Assembly: GCF_001194135.2 (NCBI RefSeq)
Contig: NC_068995.1
Location: forward strand, 30,105,970-30,144,022
DNA: 38,053 bases
DNA from: Octopus bimaculoides
Taxonomy: Eukaryota
Direction of reading: 5' to 3'
Position 1 is the stretch's first letter. Every line of letters begins with the position of its first letter. Below are positions 9,321 through 20,414 of the stretch, piece after piece. Under the pieces are notes generated by a model. That model had not been told where the DNA came from and ran no database searches. It saw only the letters and a list, made by a program, of their open reading frames with translations. The position numbers and the translations under genes were made by a program.

Positions 9321-10897
9321 TTGCAAAATGTTTGATTCAATTCAGTATTTAGGTAACTTGCAAAGATCTACTTCGTATTCGTAGAATACACTATATTATA
9401 ATAAATTCCTAAGGTGAACATTTACTCAATCGCGACCACTTCGAGGCTTTATCAGTTTTTTATCAAATTTGATGATGTTTATACATTTTTGGATTGGTCA
9501 CCTCCTAACCTACATTTTGAGCTACAAAATTTGGAATTTGGTTCAGTAGAAAAAAGAAGCTGAGATTTCAAATATGTGAGGTTTAAAAGGGGAGAATAAC
9601 GCCTGAAATCGACTTCAGGGGATATACATGCGACGCTGCATACATACTTTTGTAAACGCACGCACGCGCACGCGCGCGCACACACACACACACATACACA
9701 CGCGCACACATGCACATACACATAAGTAACTTATAAAACGCCTATGAAGGTAAGTGTGACAAATACGTAGCTTTAAGGAGAGAGGGAGTAAGTTGACAAC
9801 AATTGGTGATAAGTGGACACTTTTCTGCTGTCCATCGTAAATAAACATTCACACACAGACACACACATACATATATACAAACATACTTACGTACATACAT
9901 ACACACATACTTATTGCAGAAAAATGTTACTGAGCTTTCAAATTTAATCATTTTCACCTAATCAGAAAACAGGATTTAGAAGCTGGCATTTTCTGCATTA
10001 TAATTGTCTATCACAAAATGAAAGTAAAACCATTATACGTGGAGGAATTTTTTTTATTAAACAAACGAAAGTAAAGCATTACAACGACCGAAGTTTTGTT
10101 TGCTTTTAAACTTTAATTCAATATAAAGAGTGGCAGAATTTAGATTATTATTTCTTAGGGTAAATTGACAAGGTTTTTACTTTCAGATGCTATGATTGGA
10201 TTTTCAGAGTAACAGGGTTCAAATTTTTTATTTCCAGGCAAGTTAACAAGAACAGTAGCTGAATTGCAGACTTTATTTTTATTTTGCATGAATTTCGACC
10301 AACAAACTAACTTTGCCCTAACAAGGGTAGGCCCCTCCTCCTGCTTCACGGTGGATGTATTGGCTATTTTTGCAATTTTTAAAATTTTATATTAGCCATG
10401 GCTTTACTATTCATATGATCAGGTTCTCTTCTTACTATATCGTCGATATATTCTCATACATCTTCTTGCTAGCTCTTCTTATAATATATAGATATAGCTC
10501 ATTCATTTTTTGATTTTATAATAAAATTAATATTACATTAATATTCACTCTTATATAGAAAATTACTTTCCATAATGAATTTTCGTACTTGTTTTTTTGG
10601 CGAGTTTGTATTATGCACGTTGTTTCCATATAAAAAAAATTATATCCAGGATATATAGGATCTCATATTTTTCACAATTATAATTACATTTCTCATTATC
10701 CGAAAAAATTATTAATTTTAAAGGAAATAAATATGCAGGCAGGTTTAATTTAATTCAAATATGTTTTAACAAAAAAATATTTATTAGTTTTATTGCATTG
10801 CCTGGAAAAAAGTGGATTACAATGAAAACATGCAGGCACATGCATGTTAATATTCTTAAGTTATTACACCTGGAAAAGTACAGAATAATATTTCTAA

Positions 10898-10966
10898 AGT
10901 AGAATTTGCCTAATTTGTCACCTCTAAAGGAAACTAAAGAGTACTTAAAATTAGAATTCTACTGTA
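10898..10966. mobile_element. Degenerate short MITE (same family as 11220-11340)
   Basis: AGTAGAATTTGCCTAATT ... AATTAGAATTCTACTGTA inverted termini. Confidence 0.55.
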
Positions 10967-11219
10967 CTTAAAATATTGCAGCCGAAAATAACATTTTTAA
11001 AATTTACTATATTAAAACAAAAATTACAAAAACATTTTGGGTTTTTCCAAAAATAAGCCCATCTGATTTTAAGCCTATGGAATTATATTCAGTAATTTTT
11101 ATTCTTTTCAGAAAAAAATATTTAAGCAAAATTATTTAAGTCTGTATTTAAGGCCATGGGCTTATTTTGGAAAAAGCAGTATTTTAAAAATGAAATAAAA
11201 TATAATTAATTTTAAAAAA

Positions 11220-11340
11220 TACGGTAGAATTCGCCTAATTAGTCATCCCTAGGAGAAAATTGTAAAATGACGAATTAGGTGAAGTAACGAATTAGCCAAA
11301 GACGAATTAGCCAAAGACGAATTAGGCTAATTCTACTGTA
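11220..11340. mobile_element. Tc1/mariner(pogo)-type MITE with TA target duplication
   Basis: TA|CGGTAGAATTCGCCTAATT ... AATTAGGCTAATTCTACTG|TA gives 19-bp TIRs with 2 mismatches and a TA TSD. Internal ACGAATTAG repeats are present. Confidence 0.75.
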
Positions 11341-12098
11341 TTCCTGTCAAAAACGGGATTCAAGAGGTCCGGGTCAGCGTATGCAAAAATGTCACCATCA
11401 GGGTGTCAAACACCACCAAAGTAAAGGCAAGAGCAAAGGTTTATCTGAACAGAATGATAAAACTTGTAGCTTAGAAACTGAAGAAGCAAGTCCGCGACGT
11501 AGAATAGGGCCGTGAGGCACGGGGGCGATGGATCGTTTTGAACTATTCAGAGTGGCTCAGCCCCAATCTCCAGGAAGACTGGAACTGGAAAAGGTAACGA
11601 ACAGTCTAGCCCAGAAATAGGCCAGAGTGCATCCTCATGGAGTGCCACGAGGATGCACTGTTAGAGCGGTGAGGCAAACATCTACGTAACTCCTTCATCG
11701 TTTATCTCCTGATCATACAGCCTTACTCCAATTACATTCTGATCAAAATAGAACATCTCTTCTGCTTCTTGCTAAAGAGATGAAAGCCACTAGTCAGGCG
11801 AACTATCTCCTTCGAGTACCCTCAGCATGGCCGACAGACATTCCCTGAGCTTGCGCCACTTGCAGATATTTCTAGATAGTGAACGGGGTTGGTCGTTGTT
11901 CTTGGGGCATATCTTTACGCAATTAGTCTATTTGGAGGAATTGCAGTCTTGGATCAAGAAAAACCGAAACTGAGTGCCTAGCATAGAATGTTGTCCTCTA
12001 CCAGTAGGGTAATGGAATTGGTGGAAGTTCCATTCTAGCCATAGAGAGAGAGAGAGAGTTAATGGTGGAGAATAGTGACGAAGAAGCTCTGATCGACG

Positions 12099-12515
12099 AT
12101 GCAAACTGTATACAGATTAACTATAGTGACAGGGAAGTGCCGTCGGGCGAGTTTATTTGAGATGCACGTAGAGAGACGGAACGGTTCCACAGAACTCGTT
12201 CAGTTTCTATGCATTTCTGACTTGTGGAGTTATGTCAAACAGCTGTTGTTTCGTAGGGAGTGGACCCAGCCATCAGCTGAATCTATCGTGATGATTGTCC
12301 TGCCGCTCTTCTGTAACCGGGCAAAGAAGGCACTTTTCATTTGTTTGGTAGTTACAGTAAAATATTTTGCGTCATTAACGAGGTTGGAAGCTCTGAGAGC
12401 CGACACTTTTTCTTCGTTTGGTTCTCCATCAATAATTCCAAGTTCACTCGAAACAGGAAGTGAGGCTGGAGAAGGTAATGTCTTCAAGTGAATTTACTGA
12501 AAAAACGAGAGTTGT
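12099..12515 (+). mobile_element. L1/Tx1-clade ORF2 C-terminal fragment
   Basis: ISDLWSYVKQLL...SAESIVMIVLP...KALFICLVVTVK...TRLEALRADTF, then in a shifted frame HSKQEVRLEKVMSSSEF. This resembles the post-zinc-finger tail of Tx1-type ORF2. Confidence 0.6.
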
Positions 12516-12546
12516 ATATGTGAATGTGTGTGCATGTATTTGTGCG

Positions 12547-12587
<41 letters not shown>

Positions 12588-12976
12588 TGTAGACGAAAGA
12601 AAGAAATGGTTAGACTCACGAGGAGATTAATGAAAAAAAAGTTTCTTTGAATATCGTATATAACTAGTGAGTTACATGCAGATGCGAAGGATATTCTACA
12701 GATGATGAAGTCTAATAGAGTTGTTTCCCTTGCTTCAAATGCTATCTGACAATATTTGAAATAATCAAATTCACACCTTGCTTGAAGTAAGTATTAAGCA
12801 ATACATCCAAGAGTATCTACAAATATTGGAGGAAACATGTGCTTACAACTATTCTTTTTTAATTATAGTCATAGATCATGAAATAACTGTCCGTCTAGAT
12901 ATGGGTCTTATTGTGTATTGAAGCAATTTTGTGTTCATGTGCATGGTTTGGTATGTATTATTGCAGGCAAAGGATA

Positions 12977-12994
12977 CAGACAGACAGACAGACA

Positions 12995-13043
<49 letters not shown>

Positions 13044-13097
13044 ACACACACACAAATGAGTATGTAGTGTGTGTGTGTGTGAGAAAGAGAGAGAGAA

Positions 13098-13155
<58 letters not shown>
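12977..13155. repeat. (AGAC)n/(AC)n/(AG)n compound microsatellite
   Basis: Direct reading. Confidence 0.95.
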
Positions 13156-13156
<1 letters not shown>

Positions 13157-13616
13157 GAGTGTGTATGTGTATCGGATAGCTGAAAATCTATACGTTGAAC
13201 AATATTCCTTGTATTTTATCGCAACCGAGTTATGACCGACGTGGACTTAGGCATCCGCTAACTAGAAATCGGTAAATTACTAGAGTCGTCGATATTAATT
13301 AACTAAACCCTTGAACATTATGCCCTAGTAAATTCTCTGTTCAGAGAGACTAAAATCATATATATAGTGATACAATACTACCTATCCTTCATGTTACGCT
13401 CCAGAAATTTTATTTGGAAGAAGGAAGCCTCAAAACTTAAACTATGGAAAGGCACGTTTTTCGACTCTCAACCAATTCTGCAAGGAGGCTGCCATAGGTA
13501 ATGTTGTACACATTGATCTCTACATAAACACATTAGTACATTTGTAGTGAAACTACCTATCGCCATTATATACAAAGAAGCCATCTTCTCTCACTATAAA
13601 TATACAAACACGCGAG

Positions 13617-14233
13617 CGTAGTAGAAAAGATCTTTCCCTGTCGTCACCTGACTAATTATTATTTGAAGCGGCAACTGCCTCGTACCGTTCCCGCCAGAAC
13701 GCAAACTGACCAACCGTAGCCCCTAATAAGGTCACGTGATAGTGTTCTTCTAATGCCTTCTGTGGAGCCTACTTTCAGCTATAAATAGCCTGCGAGATAC
13801 CCAGCTAATTCGTCTCGGTTCAGATCTCTTAGAGACCTGTTCCGTGTACCACACAAAGCAGCAGCAGCAGTAGTTCCAGCGACGACATCAACAGCATCTC
13901 CAGCGACGACTACCAGCATCGCCGCCGCCAGTCAACACGACACTACGACTACCAGCATCGTCCTCGCCAACAGCGTCAACATGACTTCTACGTACACAAG
14001 CTAACCAAACTACCGCAGAACTTCTAACTCTGTTTGTGCGATTCACCTTCGCCACGATAGACAACAGACAAGAACCTAGCCTGCGTCGAACATCTGTATT
14101 CCAGAACCCGGCCCGGCATGGAAGCCCTAACATCACGACGAGCGATCGCTCTGCCCCACACGCCTCACCTTCTTACATACAGACTCTTACTATTGTGTAC
14201 TCTAAGAACTGGCATATTCTTATATGTGTTACT
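13617..14233 (+). mobile_element. LTR-like element (possible solo LTR)
   Basis: GC-richer island with CGTAGTAG start (possibly a decayed TGTAG), GTGTTAC end, CACGTG at 13733, TATAAATA at 13780, TCAGATCTCTT at 13820 and a CAG/GAC-rich tract. No clear TSD. Confidence 0.4.
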
Positions 14234-14287
14234 GACTCTTTTTCTATCTGCTGTATCTCACGCATACACATGCATGTATCACTTTTA

Positions 14288-14307
14288 ACCTTTTACTTGT
14301 TTCAGTC

Positions 14308-14353
<46 letters not shown>

Positions 14354-14861
14354 NNNNNNNNNNNNNNNNNNNNNNNNNNNNNNNNNNNNNNNNNNNNNNN
14401 NNNNNNNNNNNNNNNNNNNNNNNNNNNNNNNNNNNNNNNNNNNNNNNNNNNNNNNNNNNNNNNNNNNNNNNNNNNNNNNNNNNNNNNNNNNNNNNNNNNN
14501 NNNNNNNNNNNNNNNNNNNNNNNNNNNNNNNNNNNNNNNNNNNNNNNNNNNNNNNNNNNNNNNNNNNNNNNNNNNNNNNNNNNNNNNNNNNNNNNNNNNN
14601 NNNNNNNNNNNNNNNNNNNNNNNNNNNNNNNNNNNNNNNNNNNNNNNNNNNNNNNNNNNNNNNNNNNNNNNNNTATATATATATATATATTTACGACGGG
14701 ATTCTTTCAGTTTCCGTCTACCAAATCCACTCACAAGGCTTTGGTCGGTGTGGAGCTATAATGGAGGACACTTGCCTAAGTTGGGTAATCCGCAGTGTCA
14801 CTGAACCCGGAACCATGTGGTTGAGAAGCAAACTGCTTACCACACAACCACTCCTGCGCCT
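14288..14861 (-). mobile_element. CORE-type tRNA-derived SINE (OR-like), interrupted by (TA)n and an assembly gap
   Basis: Reverse complement: AGGCGCAGGAGTGGTTGTGTGGTAAG head, CCGGGTTCAGT B-box, (T)AGGCAAGTGTCC core, GAAAGAATCCCGTCG, then (TA)n. The CTGAAACAAGTAAAAGG tail lies at 14288-14308. Confidence 0.75.
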
Positions 14862-15701
14862 AATGTGTATCTGAATTTAAAGGATTCTTTTATTAAGGAG
14901 TAAATTATATCGTGAACCCCTTTAATTGACGGACCTTGTATGCTAAAGGAGAATTATATTTTTGAAAAGGGTGCTATTAAGTGAATTAGTTTTTTTTCCA
15001 TATTATTATGTTCATTGGTGAAACCCATGGATATTCGACGGGTTTCGCTTCTTAAAACATAATTGTTTCTAATTTAGACATGAGGCGAAGAGGTCAGTCA
15101 ATATCATTGACTTGACATGTACTTGTTTTTTCGATTAGCAAGGAACACGTGCCAATTGTGGTCTGCCAGAGATCGAAATGTTACTTTCTTGCTACGTTGT
15201 GCTTCAGATAATCGGCCCATCAAACAGCTTTGCCCTCGTATCTCAAAGCTCGCATCTTTGCTCCGATAATGCAACTTTCACGCTTTGCATTGTAAAATTG
15301 GTTGAGGGCAACTTGGTCGTGATGCTCTCCTTAAGTTCCTATTTTTCTCGTATTGTACAAGCTACTCAATCTCTTTCGATTCAACTCTAATCGTCCTTTC
15401 AGGACAAACCATCATTTGTTGTTGACGACTGCCTCCATCAACGCCTATTTGACTAATTCGCTAGTCTGGTCTCTGTAAGCTTGTTGCGTTGATAACGATG
15501 CGTCCAGCTTTCAGAAACCGGTGTTTCTAGTGAAGTCTATCTAGGTCGATTGTACAGTTCACAAATTTTCCGTCTGTATAGCCGACAATTTTAAATTGTT
15601 GACAAGAGTAAACTGTCATCAACAACTAATCTACCGAGCAGACTATCTAGATATGAAGTGGTGACCTGAGGCAATTTGCCCATGTCCACTTTGGGCAATT
15701 C

Positions 15702-15918
15702 GACCTGAAGAAAATTCTAACTGGGCCCCACCTGCTAGGTCATGCGCCGTTTATCTTGATATAAGATCACCATGTCGCGCACATATGGTGTGAGGCATGT
15801 GCCTGGTGTACCCTTATCAGACGGGTAGTCATGATGGGTATATTGGGCTTCGTATATTTTACCCCAGTGTCACTTTGATGGCAAGGACTGCTCTCTCACT
15901 CAATAATAATAATAATAA
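15702..15918 (+). mobile_element. Unclassified interspersed repeat ending CTCTCTCACTC(AAT)n
   Basis: Discrete GC-richer block terminating in an AAT tail, recalled as a common octopus repeat end. Family not assigned. Confidence 0.5.
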
Positions 15919-16228
15919 TTTTTTTATTAACCGCTAAGGCCTTACAAAGAGATTGAAGACGGCACACAATGATACAATTCAATATGACATAATGTGGAAT
16001 TACACGAAGGCGTGTAAACATAAAAAATAACAAACAAGAAAAATTTCTATAGCTGGAGAGACTTCTGAAAGCTGCCCGTGGTAACCCCACAAAACCACGG
16101 TCACCCTGACCACTAAAGCAGATGCCTTCTCCCCATCCTCCACTCTAAAACAACTTGTAAAAGTTGATTACAGTTTCACCTAAAAGGAAAATGTCTGTCT
16201 ACAGCCATTTCAGTCTGTCCCACTACCT
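15919..16228 (-). mobile_element. L1/Tx1-clade LINE 3' end with AATAAA and short A tail
   Basis: The reverse complement has a degenerate ORF2 end, then GGTCAGGGTGACCGTGGTTTTGTGGG and ...TGTAAGGCCTTAGCGGTTAATAAAAAAA. It is similar to 23110-23278. Confidence 0.6.
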
Positions 16229-16285
16229 AAAATTATTATTATTATTATTATTATTGTTGTTATTGTTGTTGTTGTTGTTGTTATT

Positions 16286-16597
16286 AAGGCGGAGCGTTTA
16301 CAGATTCGTTACCGCACTGAACAAAATAAAATGCCTAGCGGCATTTATTCCGTCTATACGTTCTGAGTTCAAATTCTACTGAGGCCAACTTTGCCTTTAC
16401 TCTTCTGGGATCGATAAAATAAGTATCAGCTGAGTACCAAAGTCGATGTAATCGAATTATCCACTCCCGAAAACGCTGGCCTTGTGCTAAAACTTGAAAC
16501 CAGTTTTCATAATTATTAAGGCTGAAAGTTAGCATTCAAAATGCTTGGCGGTATATTTTCCAGCTCTTTACGTTCTGAATTCAAACAACTCCGAAGT
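16286..16597 (+). mobile_element. OK/OR-like SINE (16286-16503) plus a partial second copy running into a gap
   Basis: Same head, B-box and core as the other copies. It follows an (ATT/GTT)n tract. Confidence 0.8.
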
Positions 16598-17101
16598 NNN
16601 NNNNNNNNNNNNNNNNNNNNNNNNNNNNNNNNNNNNNNNNNNNNNNNNNNNNNNNNNNNNNNNNNNNNNNNNNNNNNNNNNNNNNNNNNNNNNNNNNNNN
16701 NNNNNNNNNNNNNNNNNNNNNNNNNNNNNNNNNNNNNNNNNNNNNNNNNNNNNNNNNNNNNNNNNNNNNNNNNNNNNNNNNNNNNNNNNNNNNNNNNNNN
16801 NNNNNNNNNNNNNNNNNNNNNNNNNNNNNNNNNNNNNNNNNNNNNNNNNNNNNNNNNNNNNNNNNNNNNNNNNNNNNNNNNNNNNNNNNNNNNNNNNNNN
16901 NNNNNNNNNNNNNNNNNNNNNNNNNNNNNNNNNNNNNNNNNNNNNNNNNNNNNNNNNNNNNNNNNNNNNNNNNNNNNNNNNNNNNNNNNNNNNNNNNNNN
17001 NNNNNNNNNNNNNNNNNNNNNNNNNNNNNNNNNNNNNNNNNNNNNNNNNNNNNNNNNNNNNNNNNNNNNNNNNNNNNNNNNNNNNNNNNNNNNNNNNNNN
17101 N

Positions 17102-17332
17102 GGTTCTCAACCAGATACCATATAAAATTTTGTCGATGAAATTTATGTACAATAAATTGTTTATACACAAGACACAAAATATTTTTTTTTTTTTTATACA
17201 ATTCCTAATGATATTTAATTACAAGAACACAGTAGGATTTTTTTAATATCTACATCGAATGGCTATGGAGGGCCATCCAAGTAAAATAGGAACCAAATGG
17301 ATCCATGGGCAAAAAATGGTTGAGAACCACTG
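17102..17332. mobile_element. hAT (Charlie-type) MITE
   Basis: Right TIR GGTTGAGAACCACTG at 17318-17332 and left GGTTCTCAACC emerging from the gap at 17102. CAGTGGTTCTCAACC is a classic hAT-Charlie terminus. Confidence 0.75.
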
Positions 17333-18491
17333 ATCTACGAGCATATATATGTGTGCATGTATGGAAAGAAGAGGGAATTGACAGAGGTGTGTATTTAGTT
17401 ACGTAAAAAAGTACAGGAAGTATTGTATCATGCCGTCTATATTCAATTTAAATGCCGGTTTTATCACTATTGTTTGCTTAATTCACTGATTGATTGCTTC
17501 AGTGCTCACAACACTATCTATAAAAACAAAAGACCGAGACTTAGAAGATTAAAAAGAATTTCTTTGAAATTGCTACCACGACTCATATTTTTGATACCAA
17601 TCCGTATGATTCTGTTACACCAATTTCCTGTTTTAAAGTGATCTAAACTTAAAACTTCCTTCAAAATTTCATGTTAATTTGTTCCAAGTACCATATAACT
17701 AAATTCTTCATTATTTTAAAAATTAATTTAAAGACAAGCTGTGTATTTCAACAGAAATATAGTTAGGTTTAAATAAGGACTAAATATTTCCTACTTAAAA
17801 AAAAAAAATTATGATGATAGTCTGTAAAACATTTAGGAAATTCTTGATTTATTGGAGATTCCTTTATTATTTATTTTAAACAGAGGTTAACTTTGCCTTT
17901 CATCTCACCGGAATTTGCTCGACTGTTTGGAACCAATAGCGGACCGGAATGTAGGATGGATTTCAGTGCCTACGTTGACGGCATGCAGTGACTGTCAGCT
18001 AGAGTGGTAGAGTGTTACGAAAACCCAATAACAGCGCGAAGAAATCGCCTGGTTTATATGGTTTGTCCTGTAAACGTTATTTTTACATGCTAGATTTGAT
18101 TGGAGACTTCTTAGCAGAAAATTGTCATAACCAGTAACAGAATGCAAGAATTCCTAGTCATATGAGTCTAGGATCGCTGCAGAAAAAGACTCAAAGAGGA
18201 ATCACATTGATAATTTTTTGCCCATAACTCTGTTAGATACAGAATTCAAAATTTTAGGCAACGCTGTCAGCAAAAAAGATTGGCTGATTTTCCTTGCTAC
18301 TCTACGTAGAGCTCATCTCAGAAATTTATAAATCAGTAAATATCAGCGATATTGAGTGTTCTTGAAATGTACGAGGCTTCACACGTCGAAACTTTCATTT
18401 TACGAAACAGTTTGATGTCTATTACACAGCAACACGAAGAAAAAAAAAGAATTCGTCAACTACACGGTCACATGCTCAAGCAATAAAGAAC

Positions 18492-18717
18492 TAATGACTC
18501 ATACATTATTTCCATTTGACGGATATTTCTCCTCATCTTGTTTGTTGTTAACACAACGTTTCATTATTATTCAGGTCACTGCCTGGAGTTAGTAGCCCGC
18601 GCTCTTAACCACTACGCCATATGCCCACGGGCATATGGCGCACTGGTTAAGAGCGCAGGCTACTAACCCCAAGATTCCGAGTTCGATTCCAGGCAGTGAC
18701 CTGAATAATAACAGTAA

Positions 18718-18754
<37 letters not shown>

Positions 18755-18948
18755 TCGAAAAATACCTTAGGAATGGGAGCCCAGGTTCGAAATTTCTCCA
18801 AGACATCTGACGAAGGCTGGAGAGTATATCAGCCGAGACGTTGTGTTAACAACAAACAGGACGAGGAGAAATATCCGTCAAATGTAAATAATGTAAATAA
18901 TGTACACAATTCCTCTTCTCTTAAATATAGAACTGTAATGACTCATAC
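18492..18948. mobile_element. Head-to-head inverted tRNA-SINE/Penelope-tail element with 13-bp TSD
   Basis: TAATGACTCATAC occurs at 18492-18504 and 18936-18948. The centre is GCCATATGCCC-AC-GGGCATATGGC (18616-18639). The right arm is tRNA-like head (A-box TGGCGCACTGG, B-box GAGTTCGATTCC) + (AAT)n + tail; the left arm is an internally deleted reverse complement of it. Confidence 0.8.
18802..18849 (+). ncRNA. Minimal type I hammerhead ribozyme motif (Penelope type), this copy with a mutated core
   Basis: GACAT-CTGACGA-A-GGCTG(GAGAGTATAT)CAGCC-GAGA-CGT-T-GTGTT: CUGANGA core, 5-bp stem II, self-complementary ACGT helix III and 5-bp stem I with two G-U pairs. GAAA reads GAGA here but is GAAACGTT in the inverted arm (18556-18562). 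Confidence 0.6.
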
Positions 18949-19554
18949 GTATCAACATGCAAACCTAACACAATAACTACATTACATTAACGAATAGCAT
19001 CCCTGCACACATAAAGACCATCCAAATATCACAACATACGTACATCTTTAAAATATATACCCCAAAGGAGTAGGAGACATCAGGGGAAATATATAAACAA
19101 AAGACTATATAAAGAACTGCTTGTGGAAACGCCCACTTCCATTCAGAGGGAAACCATGAACTTGAATTGAATGAATTTAGTTTAGACAATTTTAGTCATG
19201 ATTAGACATTCGAGTTTCTTTAGGATAACAATTTCACATAATACGTTAAACGATGAAATATAGGATATATTTAATTTTCAAGCTATTAACTATGTGTGTG
19301 GCCTGGCTTACATATACAAAAAAGATAATTAACATCAATGAGAGGGTAGCTTAGTACAGTTTCAATATCGGTGAGAGGTACTGGATATGCTTCAGTAGAT
19401 AACCGCCAGTAATAAGACCAAAAGAAATTTAGCTTTGACTGCTCATTTAAAACCAATCAAAGGATAATGAATTAAACCGATTTTCCTTTTTCTGAATAAC
19501 TTTAGTGGTCACAGTCTATAAATATTAGTGGAGATCTGAAAATAAAAAGAACAG

Positions 19555-19626
<72 letters not shown>

Positions 19627-20196
19627 TAAATAGATATATACATATATATATATATAGATAATGTATACATAATATATATATATACATTTTGTGTGTGTGT
19701 TGATAAGTGTTTGTGGCAAGCTTTTAATTTCTGCTCGAATCTGTTACAATTATTCTTCTAAGGCCATTTCGGAAAGAATGAATGTCATGGTTCCCATTCC
19801 TGTGTGACCAACGGATTAGTATAAAAATTTTTGCCGTTAATATATGACATATGTGGTCAGAGATTGTAGTGAATTCATCGCAAGTAATTACAGCACCTGT
19901 AAATTCATCACATAGCCAGCCAATGCATTCTCAATAAATTCAGATAGTCATACCACATACATAGTCAATAAATTTATTCTTCGCTGTACATTTTGTCCAC
20001 AGAGTAAATGAAGAGAATTTTCTTATTCGCGATGTGAATACAAATAGACAATAAACAAGGGATTCAAATACCAAAAAGAACACCCAAACATTTGGAATAT
20101 TTTTTGAAATATTTAAAAAGTAGCAATCAAGAAACGAAGTAATAATCGCACATTATATCTCTGTTGCAAAAACTTTACATCGCAAAAAGTAGTATT

Positions 20197-20414
20197 GGTT
20201 TCAATTATTGGCACAAGGCCAGCAATTTCTCTTGCGCAAAAAGGGGTTAAATCTATTTACATCCACCTCAATATTCAACTGGCACTTATTTTAACGATTC
20301 CTAAAGGATGGAAGGTAAAGTCGACATCGGCGGAATTTGATCTCAGAACGTAAGGACAGACGAAATACCGCTAAGCATTTTGCCCATGTTAACGGTTCTG
20401 CCAGCTCGCCGCCT
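20197..20414 (-). mobile_element. OK/OR-like SINE
   Basis: The reverse complement matches the family head, B-box and core. Confidence 0.82.

Noticed and set aside
14036-17246. Long ORFs in the track (149-241 aa)
   Set aside because: They run through N-gaps; the X stretches are not sequence.
18629-18702. Functional tRNA gene
   Set aside because: A and B boxes are present but the acceptor stem does not pair, and it is embedded in a repeat with a TSD. It is a SINE-type head.
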